A stretch of DNA of 64,000 nucleotides from Candidatus Sumerlaeales bacterium (lineage in GTDB: Bacteria; Sumerlaeota; Sumerlaeia; Sumerlaeales; Sumerlaeaceae), in assembly GCA_038243585.1 (NCBI GenBank), contig JBBSQY010000015.1:1-64000 (forward strand). The letters are read 5' to 3'. Below are positions 52,790-62,165 of this stretch, in pieces. The notes under the pieces are model-generated. The model ran no database searches. It was given only the letters and a program-made list of their open reading frames with translations, and was not told the DNA's origin. Position 1 is the stretch's first letter; the number at the start of each line of letters is the position of its first letter. The translations under genes were made by a program, and so were the position numbers.

Positions 52790-52847
52790 CGGAGCGATAG
52801 GTTTCTGGCACCCGTTCGAGGCAAGCGAGAGTTGCGTTACCGTCTAT

Positions 52848-52899
52848 GCATAGGCGTAGGCGTGTCTCGCAAAAGCTTGCACAGGTGGGACGCCTATGC
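52848..52899. repeat. Inverted repeat (REP remnant or terminator-like) between convergent genes
   Basis: GCATAGGCGT (52848-52857) pairs with ACGCCTATGC (52890-52899). Confidence 0.45.
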
Positions 52900-52920
52900 G
52901 ACTGCTTCATACCCGGCGGG

Positions 52921-53961
52921 TTACTTTAACCCGCCCGGGAAGATTCTGAGGGGTTTAAAATGCGCCATGTAGCGCGACCCGTAGACGTTTCCCATGGCTT
53001 CTGCGTTAAATCGTTCTGCCGTGACAACCGCTAAAAGATATCCCTCTTCTGACGCAAGGCCAACTACGGCTTCGTTGGCAAGGTTTGCGGCCTCCTCGGG
53101 ATTTACCAGCATTTTGTCGTGGAGCGGCTGCCCGCGAAACAGTCGTTCTTCATAAGCCTTAAGCAGCGTGAACGTCGGATAACGATCGGCATCAAGGGCT
53201 TTGGCACCCTTAATCATTTTCTGCATGGCTAACTCCGGGTTATCCGTCAGTTCGTCCAGCGTTACGGCATCTTCCACGTCAAATCGTCCCACGGCGGTGC
53301 GAGTCAGGCTGGCGAGATATCCGCCGCAGCCCAGTTCCCGCCCAAGATCCCGGGCGAGCGCCCGCACATAAGTGCCGCTGGACACGGTCGTTTCGAACTC
53401 GATAATGACGACCTTTTCAGGAGCCGGCATATCCGGTTTGCGGGCGATAATTTCAGTGGGCGCATCAACGATCTTTATGTCTCCAAGATCAAAGGAGTAG
53501 ACCGTGACCCGGCGCGGGTCCACTACCACTTCTACATTTTCCCGCGCGTACTCGTATAATTTCTTCCCCGCAACCTTAACAGCGGCATAGCGTGGAGGAA
53601 TTTGCTCGATGGCTCCTACAAATTTGGCGGCGTGGGAAAAGATTTTCTCCTCAGTCAGCCCGGTGATGTCACCGGTCATTACTGGCACGCCTTCCTTATC
53701 GTCCGTGGTTGTTTCCAGACCCAGGCATATCGTGCCCACATAGGTTTTGCTAGACTGGACAAGGTAAGGTACGAGCTTCGTGTAGGGGCCAACACACAAA
53801 AGGAGCAGCCCGTCGGCTGCAGGATCAAGGGTTCCCGTGTGACCAATGGCTCGTTCGTTAAGCGCGCGCCGGGCAATTGCCACCACATCGTGAGAGGTTG
53901 GTCCCGCAGGTTTAATCACCGGCAATACGCCGGCGAGTTTCGGTTTTTTATCAGTCATCAT
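52921..53961 (-). CDS. truB: tRNA pseudouridine(55) synthase
   Basis: KPAGPTSHDVV, GHTGTLDP, PP.YAAVK..GKKLYEYAR, SSGTYVRALARDLG. Confidence 0.95.
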   Translation of the reverse strand: MMTDKKPKLAGVLPVIKPAGPTSHDVVAIARRALNERAIGHTGTLDPAADGLLLLCVGPYTKLVPYLVQSSKTYVGTICLGLETTTDDKEGVPVMTGDITGLTEEKIFSHAAKFVGAIEQIPPRYAAVKVAGKKLYEYARENVEVVVDPRRVTVYSFDLGDIKIVDAPTEIIARKPDMPAPEKVVIIEFETTVSSGTYVRALARDLGRELGCGGYLASLTRTAVGRFDVEDAVTLDELTDNPELAMQKMIKGAKALDADRYPTFTLLKAYEERLFRGQPLHDKMLVNPEEAANLANEAVVGLASEEGYLLAVVTAERFNAEAMGNVYGSRYMAHFKPLRIFPGGLK

Positions 53962-54072
53962 TCATTTTCCAGGGGTTTAGAAGCTTCGAGCACTTATAGT
54001 GGTTAGTGCCACATTAATTTGTAGATCAAAATACGAGCGCCCGGAACATGGGTGACGGTCGAACGTCCGGGT

Positions 54073-54480
54073 TTACCGCCAAAAGTTGGAGTTTGTTTCT
54101 TCTGGTAAGCCGGAAGCCAGTTCGTCGATCCGTTCCAGCAGCAGGGCCGGTTCACTTTTTTCCCGTTCAAGTTCTGTGCGAACCTGTTCTTTGGTGCCGT
54201 GAAAGCAGGTGCTGGACACTGTCCCGCCGCGAGAGCTTTTCTTCACCCGTAATGCGACAAACCGCAATGGGCGGTTGGCGGGGTTCAGCTTCTCGTCCAT
54301 GCTCATTACCACAATCTCGAGCAGGCCCGGCGATGTCGTTGCTGGATCGCCATAGTGTACCTGACGTTTAAATCGAACGTCGTTAAAAGCGCCTTCAGCA
54401 GGAATTCTCTCGTCATAGGCAGCCAGCAGTTCAGCCAGCAGTTCCTTAAGAGTTGTTTCTATGTCAGCACCAATGGTCAT
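54073..54480 (-). CDS. Hypothetical protein, 135 aa
   Basis: GGAG just upstream of ATG, protein-like composition, no overlap with other credible genes. Confidence 0.65.
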   Translation of the reverse strand: MTIGADIETTLKELLAELLAAYDERIPAEGAFNDVRFKRQVHYGDPATTSPGLLEIVVMSMDEKLNPANRPLRFVALRVKKSSRGGTVSSTCFHGTKEQVRTELEREKSEPALLLERIDELASGLPEETNSNFWR

Positions 54481-54618
54481 CTCCGAATGCCGCTACCAGT
54501 AATTATTAACCTAATTCGCTGATACCTGTTGACGATATTCCCGGCGGTAGTGGTATATTTAATTTGCCTGGTTTATCGCGCGAACCTCCGGCGTAATCTT
54601 TTTCCCCGGGATTCTATT

Positions 54619-55530
54619 ATGTTGATTAACAAGGCTTGGAAGATGCGGCTGGCGGTGTTATCAGCGATGGCTGTGCTGCTAATGCCCATCAAAGCACAGG
54701 TGAGCGGTCCCAGGGCTGCCGGCGGGACTTCTGCCACTCACGCGGTGAAAACCGAGCAACGCCCACTAAAAAAACACAGGCGACAGGACGCCATAGGGGA
54801 ACGGAAGAACAGCCGAACCCTGGAGCCGCCCGATGCGGGTCGGCGCCACAATTCTGGCGAATTTCGCAAATTGATGCAGGAGGAGATGAAGCTTCTTCCT
54901 GCCCTTAATAAACCGATGGAACGTTTTTTCGTAATCCAGACTGAGCGCTACGAACTACAGCAGAAACGGCAAAAGGTGGCCGGAAATAGCTCTGAAGGCC
55001 GGGAAGATATCCTGAAACAATTTCATTCTCTGCTGCAGCGCGACCTACAGCTGTCCGATGAAGCTCGCACCATTGCCCATAAAATCGTAGAGGATATGCC
55101 GCGGATTACCAGTCAGTTGCACCAGCGTCGGGCACAGCTGAACGCACGGATAGACGGCGGAGAAACGACTGCAACGGAAGTGGGCGCATCCGATCCCGGC
55201 GAAAAGGAGCTGCTCCGCCGGCTGAGATACATCGAATTGCTGGAAAAAAAACTTCAAGACCTCACAATGCACCCCGAGCGTCTGGATCTGCTTGCCCGCG
55301 TGATGCGCGGCCTGCCGCCGGAAGAAGGTTCGAATTTTAGTGACCGCCCCGCGCGAGAACTAAAGGTGAAGGACACATCAACTACGGTCACGACGTTGAT
55401 CGAGCTGCAGAACAGGCGGAAGGACCTCCAGCGGGAGTTACGCCAGGTTGAGAAGAGAATCGATGAGCAGCGCCGTAACGCCGCCCGTAAAAAAGGTGGG
55501 GGCGGCGCGTCCGGTCCCCCGGGCCTTTAA
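54619..55530 (+). CDS. Secreted coiled-coil hypothetical protein
   Basis: Signal peptide (IKA/Q) followed by charged helical heptads; start 54619 or slightly downstream. Confidence 0.65.
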   Translation: MLINKAWKMRLAVLSAMAVLLMPIKAQVSGPRAAGGTSATHAVKTEQRPLKKHRRQDAIGERKNSRTLEPPDAGRRHNSGEFRKLMQEEMKLLPALNKPMERFFVIQTERYELQQKRQKVAGNSSEGREDILKQFHSLLQRDLQLSDEARTIAHKIVEDMPRITSQLHQRRAQLNARIDGGETTATEVGASDPGEKELLRRLRYIELLEKKLQDLTMHPERLDLLARVMRGLPPEEGSNFSDRPARELKVKDTSTTVTTLIELQNRRKDLQRELRQVEKRIDEQRRNAARKKGGGGASGPPGL

Positions 55531-55619
55531 CGATTACGCGGAGTTCCGCCTGTCGCGATGATTCCGTTCATTATTGGCTTGAAGGCGTAATTATGCAGGG
55601 CTAGCATTCTGCCTCAATA

Positions 55620-56864
55620 GTGAAAATTTTAATCTTACATCAGCATTTTCATCCGGAAACCGTAGGCACCTCTACCCGGGCGGTGGAAATTGTGGAGTAT
55701 CTGGTGGAACAGGGACACTCGGTTACTGTTGTAACGGGCATTCCGAGTCATCCATCTACCATCCGCAACGGCGAGGTCTCTCGCCGCCAGCCCCGCCGCG
55801 AAATGTTTCGGGGTGCCGAAGTCCATCGGGTGTGGACTTATGGAAGCTCGGGGCCCGACGTATTCGTTCGGCGTATGATGGCTTATTCTTCTTTTATGAT
55901 AATAGGCGGCCTCAAAACCCTTTTTATATCAGGTAAATTCGACGCGCTTGTGGCCATCAGTCCTCTGCCTAATGGGGTAGCAGGATGGGTCGTAAGCAAG
56001 CTGCGCCGGATACCGCTGATGTTTGACGTATGCGACATCTGGCCCGATTGCGCCGTGGCCGTCGGGATGATAAAGCCTTCCCTCACTCTGAGGGTCGCGC
56101 AGTGGCTGGAAAAAAAGGTGTATCACGCCAGCAAGCGCATCGGAGTGGTAACCCGCGGGTTTATCGGTAATATCGAAGCGAAGGGTATTCCGCGCGACAA
56201 AATACGATTATTACCAGACTGGGTAGATCCTGCCCTTTATGACCCGGCGAAAATTGACCGGGAGCAGGCTCGCCGTGACTATGGATTGGACGGTCACTTT
56301 GTCGTGAGCTTCCTCGGCAATTTCGGCCTGTTAATGGGGCTGGAATCCATCTTGGAAACGGCGCGTATCGTGCAGGAACGCGATCCCGGAATCTTGTTTC
56401 TATTTGTGGGCAAGGGTGCGGCGCTGCCCATGATGGAGAAAAAGATTGCCGGCGACAAATTAAAGAATGTCCGCATCATCGCTTATCGTCCGAGGGAAGA
56501 AGTGCCGGCACGTCTCCAGGCGTCAGATGTGCTTATTGTTACCTATATGAAGAGTGATCTGACGATGATTACAGTGCCATCGAAGATCTATGAATACTTG
56601 TCTATCGCACGGCCCATTGTGGCGGGCGTGACAGGAGTTGTTTCAGAAATATTGTCTGATGCCGGCGCCGCCCTGATCAGCCGCGATCGGGATCCGGACG
56701 AGATGGCGCGGCATATTTTGACGCTGAAATCTGACCCAGACCGGGGCGACGCCATGGGCGCTTCCGGACGCGACTACGCCATTGAACATTTTTCTTTTGC
56801 AAAAGTGGCCTCCGATTATGAGGCGGCCGTCGCGGAAACAGCCGCTTCACGGCAAACGGAATGA
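55620..56864 (+). CDS. GT4 glycosyltransferase (WbuB-like)
   Basis: QHFHPE, DIWPD, GNFG...GLE, PSKIYEYL..ARPIV. Confidence 0.92.
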   Translation: MKILILHQHFHPETVGTSTRAVEIVEYLVEQGHSVTVVTGIPSHPSTIRNGEVSRRQPRREMFRGAEVHRVWTYGSSGPDVFVRRMMAYSSFMIIGGLKTLFISGKFDALVAISPLPNGVAGWVVSKLRRIPLMFDVCDIWPDCAVAVGMIKPSLTLRVAQWLEKKVYHASKRIGVVTRGFIGNIEAKGIPRDKIRLLPDWVDPALYDPAKIDREQARRDYGLDGHFVVSFLGNFGLLMGLESILETARIVQERDPGILFLFVGKGAALPMMEKKIAGDKLKNVRIIAYRPREEVPARLQASDVLIVTYMKSDLTMITVPSKIYEYLSIARPIVAGVTGVVSEILSDAGAALISRDRDPDEMARHILTLKSDPDRGDAMGASGRDYAIEHFSFAKVASDYEAAVAETAASRQTE

Positions 56865-57796
56865 CCTCTGCGGCCACGCCACTGGCGACGAAAGTTTGCG
56901 GCTCAGCCGAGGCAAAGCGACTGTCGATAATTATCGTCAACTGGAACACTCGAGAGCTACTGCGGGCCTGTCTTGATTCTTTAAGGGAATCTGCCGAGAT
57001 CGATAATATTGAGATTATCGTGGTCGATAACGCTTCTTCGGATGGCAGCGCGGAAATGGTGGTGCGAGAATTCCCCGAGACTGCAGTTATCCAAATCCCT
57101 GAAAACAGGGGTTTTAGCAGCGGGAACAATGCAGGCATGGCAGCAGCCACGGGCGAATATGTGTTGCTGCTAAACAGTGACACGGAAGTGCGAGGGAATG
57201 CGCTTCGATTGATGTGTGAGCACATGGACGCTTACCCACGAATCGGGGCGCTGGGCGCGCGACTTCTTAACCCGGACGGCTCGATCCAGATGTCATGCCG
57301 CAGTTTTCCGTCTTACCGCACCGCGCTTTTTCACCGCAAATCAATTTTGACGCGACTTTTTCCGCGCAATCGCTATTCGCAGCAATACCTGATGACGGCA
57401 TTTGATCGCGACGAAGCTGTGGAAGTGGACTGGGTTATCGGTGCCTGCCTGATGACCCGGCGCGAAACCATTGATGAAGTAGGGATGTTGGATGAAGGCT
57501 TTTTCATGTACGCTGAGGACGTCGACTGGTGTTACCGCATGAGGCAGGCTGGCTGGACGGTGGAGTACTTTCCGGAGGCCCTGGTGATGCATCATTATGA
57601 AAAATCGGCGGGTAAAGCGCCCTTCCGTATGACGTTGGAACGTCACCGGAGCATGTGGCGTTTTTACAAAAAGCATTACAGCCGTGATATTGTGCTTCTG
57701 GATCTTGCCACTGCGGCGGGGGTAAGCGCGCGGTTTGCCCTTATGACGGCACGGGACGCAATAAGACATCTTGGCAGAGACAAGGACCAATTATGA
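56861..57796 (+). CDS. GT2 glycosyltransferase (WbbL-like)
   Basis: IIVNWN, VVDNASSDGS, LLNSD, FFMYAEDVDWC; ATGA overlap with the upstream gene. Confidence 0.92.
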   Translation: MTSAATPLATKVCGSAEAKRLSIIIVNWNTRELLRACLDSLRESAEIDNIEIIVVDNASSDGSAEMVVREFPETAVIQIPENRGFSSGNNAGMAAATGEYVLLLNSDTEVRGNALRLMCEHMDAYPRIGALGARLLNPDGSIQMSCRSFPSYRTALFHRKSILTRLFPRNRYSQQYLMTAFDRDEAVEVDWVIGACLMTRRETIDEVGMLDEGFFMYAEDVDWCYRMRQAGWTVEYFPEALVMHHYEKSAGKAPFRMTLERHRSMWRFYKKHYSRDIVLLDLATAAGVSARFALMTARDAIRHLGRDKDQL

Positions 57797-58638
57797 ATCC
57801 TTTAACGGGGCCGGTCTCTAGCGGCATTGTAGCGCTAATTATTACACTGGTGGTTAGTTATCTCTGCCTCAAATTGAAGAGGAGATCGGTCACACCTGAG
57901 GCCCGTTGGCGTAATTCCACTCCACTTGTGTCAGGACTAGCGGCAGGATTTATTACCTTGGGGCTTATGTCCGACCGGTTTATCCCGGATGATCGCTACT
58001 ATTCCCTTGTAGCGGCTCTGCGTATTCTTCTCGCTGCCACAGCAGGCTGTATCTGGATATGGAGCGTGGATGTAATCGTTCCGCGTCCGAAGTTTGGTTT
58101 TATTGCCCGTGGATCGGCTCACATTCTCACCCAGGTATTGGCATCGGCGCTGCTTGTATGGGCGGGGGTTAGTTTTGATCTGATGCGGCTACCCGGCGGC
58201 GAGGCAACTGTGCTGAATCCATGGGAGAGTCAGGTATTTACTCTGGTTTGGCTTGTGGTGGCGACAAATATTATCCGACTGCTGGATGGAATTCACGGCG
58301 CGGCCAGCGTGGCGGTTTTGGTGGCCGGGCTGACGGCGCTGTTCGCCAATGTTATCAACAACGAGTTTTTTCTAACGGGCGTGAGCCTCGTCGCAATTGG
58401 CTGTGCTCTGGGCTCCCTATGGTATTGCACCTCCAGTTTGAAACTGCCGCTGGAGGGATCCGGCACAGCAATACTGGGTTTTGTTTTTGCGATCTTGACC
58501 GTTCTTGCCCGCCAGAAGACTGTAGCGACCCTGTTACTTTTGATACCCCTGATCTTAATCTTGATGATTGCCGGAGCGGCAATGATGGGGATGCTGGAAA
58601 AACGGCTGGTGCTACCTAAAAATGAGAAACCAGATTGA
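57793..58638 (+). CDS. Degenerate MraY/WecA-family membrane protein
   Basis: TPLVSGLA and NIIRLLDGIHG resemble polyprenyl-phosphate sugar-1-phosphate transferase motifs, but key Asp residues are changed; ATGA overlap. Confidence 0.6.
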   Translation: MNPLTGPVSSGIVALIITLVVSYLCLKLKRRSVTPEARWRNSTPLVSGLAAGFITLGLMSDRFIPDDRYYSLVAALRILLAATAGCIWIWSVDVIVPRPKFGFIARGSAHILTQVLASALLVWAGVSFDLMRLPGGEATVLNPWESQVFTLVWLVVATNIIRLLDGIHGAASVAVLVAGLTALFANVINNEFFLTGVSLVAIGCALGSLWYCTSSLKLPLEGSGTAILGFVFAILTVLARQKTVATLLLLIPLILILMIAGAAMMGMLEKRLVLPKNEKPD

Positions 58639-58720
58639 GGCGCGAGGTTGTGATGGCCACATCTAGAGCGTTCATATTTTCCTTGCCGAGACCGATCCTG
58701 AAATTATCCATTCCTGCATT

Positions 58721-59470
58721 ATGACGGAGAATTCTAAGCCTGCGGCCAAACCTTGCCATTTAAGCGTTGTTGTACCTGCTTATAATGAGGAAGCGCGGCT
58801 GGGGCGATCACTGCCTGTAATACTTGATTACCTCAAAGCGCAGCCGTATACGTGGGAAATTGTTGTAGTGGACGACGGGAGCCATGACCGCACAAGCGAG
58901 ATTGCCGCGGCCTATGCTGAAAGCAATGTTCGCGTTTTGCGCAATGAGCCCAATCGCGGCAAAGGCTATTCTATACGACGAGGAATGCTGGAATCGGTAG
59001 GACAATGGCGTCTGTTTTCCGACGCAGACCTCTCAACTCCCATCAGCGAACTGGATAAATTCTGGGAGCACACGGATAATGGCTATGACGTGGTGATAGG
59101 ATCGCGCGCTCTGCCTGAGAGCGAACTGGCCGTGCGTCAGCCTAAGGGCAGGGAATTCGTAGGGCGAATCTTTAACACCACTGTCCAAACGTTTCTGGTA
59201 CCCGGAGTTGGCGATACCCAGTGCGGGTTTAAACTTTTTTCTGCAGACGCGGCCAATGCGGTATTTTCCAGGCAGACTCTGCACGGGTTTGCTTTCGACG
59301 TGGAAATTCTTATGCTCGCTCGCCGGCACGGGTTTAAAATTAAAGAAGCCCCGGTTAAATGGATAAATGACCTTGGCAGCAAAGTCAGCACGCTCAGCGG
59401 TATTAAAGGATTTGTGGATCTGGCGCGACTAGGCTTTCGCCGAATCCGACCAGAGCAAAACAAAAAGTAA
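58721..59470 (+). CDS. Polyprenol-phosphate glycosyltransferase (GT2, ALG5/DPM-like)
   Basis: VVPAYNEE, VDDGSHD, NRGKG, DADLS, DTQCGFKLF, FAFDVE. Confidence 0.92.
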   Translation: MTENSKPAAKPCHLSVVVPAYNEEARLGRSLPVILDYLKAQPYTWEIVVVDDGSHDRTSEIAAAYAESNVRVLRNEPNRGKGYSIRRGMLESVGQWRLFSDADLSTPISELDKFWEHTDNGYDVVIGSRALPESELAVRQPKGREFVGRIFNTTVQTFLVPGVGDTQCGFKLFSADAANAVFSRQTLHGFAFDVEILMLARRHGFKIKEAPVKWINDLGSKVSTLSGIKGFVDLARLGFRRIRPEQNKK

Positions 59471-59496
59471 TAGTGACCCATTCCGGATTGAGGGGA

Positions 59497-60528
59497 TTAA
59501 CGCATACCATTTTCAGTCTGCGTTTTTCCGACAAGGTCGAAAACAGCAATTTCTGGATCGGCTCCCAGACGCAACGGGACTCCGGCGGTGCCAATCCCCC
59601 GACAGATGTAAACCGGACAGCGTGGCCCGAAAACCAGCCCTTTGGCGTATTTGTATTTTCTTATTTTAGGCAGAACCGGCTGGCCGTTTCCAGGGAAACA
59701 TACCTGGCCGCCATGGGTGTGGCCGCTGAGCATTAAATCAATGCGGTAGCCTGACTGCATGAAGTGACGGTCTTCTGCGCAATCGGGGTTATGACTGAGG
59801 ACAATTCTTGGAATATCGTCTGGAATATTTGCCAGGGCAGCGTCAAAATCGACGCTGTCGGCCCATGGATCACCGACACCCGCAAGACATAGTCCAGGGA
59901 CCGGATTGGCGACCAGTTCCCGTCCAGGTGTCAGGAAACGGCGATCGTTATCCAGCAACACCACATTATGCTTTTTGAGCGCGTCCACAATGGACGTTCC
60001 GCCTTCCCACCAGTCGTGGTTTCCCAACACGCCGACGGTGGCAATTGCGGGCTTTAGTTCCGCAAGGGCCTCTACCACGGGGGTGATATAGCGGGGGGAG
60101 TTTACAACATAATCTCCCGTGAGCGCGACAATGTCCGGCTTGAGATTGTTGACTTTTTCAACTATGGCCTGGACGAATTCGATGGGCAACCACGGTCCGT
60201 GGTGGATGTCGGTTAGTTGAACAATTCGAAGACCATTCAGGCCTTTGTCCAGCCCGGCGATTTCCATCTGATATGTAGAAATAAGAATTCGCTCTGGCCC
60301 CGCGAAGTTTTCGTATGCGGTGCGGCCTTTAACCGAAGTTAGTACCGCGGTGGCCGCGACGCGGCTACTGGCGGAGCGCAGATGCTTAAGCCATGCGAGT
60401 CGGCGGCTTTCCAGATTAAACCTCGGGCATACGTAGCCGGCGTCGTTGACGCCGATTCGACGTATGCCTTCAGGTTGATATGTAACGGTTTTTTTACTCA
60501 TACCTGGTTCGCTCTGGATGCATGACAT
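59497..60528 (-). CDS. Calcineurin-like metallophosphoesterase (YkuE-like)
   Basis: DIH, TGD, GNHD, SHNPD, SGHTHGGQ. Confidence 0.92.
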   Translation of the reverse strand: MSCIQSEPGMSKKTVTYQPEGIRRIGVNDAGYVCPRFNLESRRLAWLKHLRSASSRVAATAVLTSVKGRTAYENFAGPERILISTYQMEIAGLDKGLNGLRIVQLTDIHHGPWLPIEFVQAIVEKVNNLKPDIVALTGDYVVNSPRYITPVVEALAELKPAIATVGVLGNHDWWEGGTSIVDALKKHNVVLLDNDRRFLTPGRELVANPVPGLCLAGVGDPWADSVDFDAALANIPDDIPRIVLSHNPDCAEDRHFMQSGYRIDLMLSGHTHGGQVCFPGNGQPVLPKIRKYKYAKGLVFGPRCPVYICRGIGTAGVPLRLGADPEIAVFDLVGKTQTENGMR

Positions 60529-60567
60529 CCTGATATTTCGACTTTTGAAGAAGTGTCACTAAAAGTA

Positions 60568-61383
60568 TTAAAGCCTTTGCTCTGGCTCCCGATCATTTTC
60601 CACTTCCGAGTCATTAATCTGATGGCTGATTTGTTGCCCTTTAGACCACCATCGCCGCGTAACATGGCCCAATACGCCGCCAACCACGTAAAACGCGAAG
60701 GCGAAAAAGACGATTGCCTCGAGGAAATCTTTAAGGAAAAATATAAACGCGACAAAAAGCACAACCAGCGGCAAAACGTCGAACTGCTTTCGACGTTCGA
60801 GCTTTAATTGTTTAAAACTTGGATAGCTGATCGTACTGACCATAAGGAACGCCAGCGAGACCATCATGACCGGAAGAAAGTTCAGCACAAATTTTTTATC
60901 CCAGTCGGGATCAATTTTCTGAAAGAAAAGAAAGCTGGAAACAATCATGCCGGCGGCCGCCGGGATAGGCATGCCAGTGAAGGACTTTTTTTCTACACGG
61001 GTTTTCTGCACATTAAAACGGGCGAGTCGCAGTGCGCCACATACGGCGAAAAACATGGCGGTTCCTTCGGCGATGTGCCGGTTTTCCATACTGGACATTC
61101 GAGTATATATGAGCATAGCGGGGGCGACGCCAAATGCTACAACGTCCGCGAGAGAATCCAGTTGCGCGCCAAAGAGGCTTTCGGTGCGTGTAAGCCGGGC
61201 CACCAGGCCGTCCATCAGATCAAGTACCGCCGCAGCCAGTATCAGCCAGCAGGATAAAATGTAACGGTGATTGTCAAGCGTATCCCCATACTCAGCCACG
61301 TTCAACACGTTCAGGATGGCGAGCAAGCCGCAGAACATGCTGGCGCATGTGATTAGACTGGGAAGTAGATAGACCTTGCGCAT
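60568..61383 (-). CDS. pssA: CDP-diacylglycerol--serine O-phosphatidyltransferase
   Basis: DLMDGLVAR...FGAQLDSLAD, LRLARFN, FTGMPIP; ATG 61383 immediately after the psd stop. Confidence 0.93.
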   Translation of the reverse strand: MRKVYLLPSLITCASMFCGLLAILNVLNVAEYGDTLDNHRYILSCWLILAAAVLDLMDGLVARLTRTESLFGAQLDSLADVVAFGVAPAMLIYTRMSSMENRHIAEGTAMFFAVCGALRLARFNVQKTRVEKKSFTGMPIPAAAGMIVSSFLFFQKIDPDWDKKFVLNFLPVMMVSLAFLMVSTISYPSFKQLKLERRKQFDVLPLVVLFVAFIFFLKDFLEAIVFFAFAFYVVGGVLGHVTRRWWSKGQQISHQINDSEVENDREPEQRL

Positions 61384-61384
61384 A

Positions 61385-62071
61385 TCAGGCGGGGGTTCTT
61401 TCGTCAAACCCCGGCAGTGTAGCAATGAGGGTTTCACTCCCGCTTATCATCATGCCCGGCCGCACATGGAGGGCGCTGTCTGAGGGCAGGAGAACTTCCA
61501 CCCTGGAACCAAACCGAATAAGTCCAATTTTTTCGCCCTGCGTCAGGATATCGTCCGCATCAATCGGACAAACAATCCGCCGCGCAATCAGGCCGGCAAC
61601 GAGCTTAACTTCAACGCGGTGACCGCCCTCGGTTTCCATAACAATAACTTTACGCTCATTTTCATCGGCGCATTTATCATGCATAGCATTTAAAAACTTA
61701 CCCTCATAATGAGCGGCGTGGATGACTTTTCCGGCTACAGGGGCCCAGTTAATATGACAATCAAACACCGACATAAACACAGCCACCCTCAGGCATTGGC
61801 CGCCAGGGAAACCGTCATGGGCCATAAGGCCCGCCGCCGTTACCTTACCGTCGGCCCCAGAAAAAACAGCGCCGGGGGCCGGTTTGAAATAGCGTTCCGG
61901 ATTGCGAAAAAACGCAAGAACAAATACGAGCGCAATCATGCAGAGGACTCCGAGAAAATTGCCAAACGGTCCCAGGTCCAATGCGAAAAAAGTTACAGCC
62001 AACGCAGCAAGCGGCATGGCGAACGGAAAGGATTCCGCCGCAACGGCACCTTTAGTTGCACGATAGTTCAT
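61385..62071 (-). CDS. psd: Phosphatidylserine decarboxylase proenzyme
   Basis: FFRNPER, ADGKV, FMSVFDCH, AGLIARRI, FGSRV self-cleavage site. Confidence 0.93.
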   Translation of the reverse strand: MNYRATKGAVAAESFPFAMPLAALAVTFFALDLGPFGNFLGVLCMIALVFVLAFFRNPERYFKPAPGAVFSGADGKVTAAGLMAHDGFPGGQCLRVAVFMSVFDCHINWAPVAGKVIHAAHYEGKFLNAMHDKCADENERKVIVMETEGGHRVEVKLVAGLIARRIVCPIDADDILTQGEKIGLIRFGSRVEVLLPSDSALHVRPGMMISGSETLIATLPGFDERTPA

Positions 62072-62165
62072 AAGTTCAGTTCAATCTCCGCGTGTTAATG
62101 ATTCAATGGTCTAGATATACAGCAAAAACCTTGCGCGACACTATAGATTACATAAATTTATGTTT

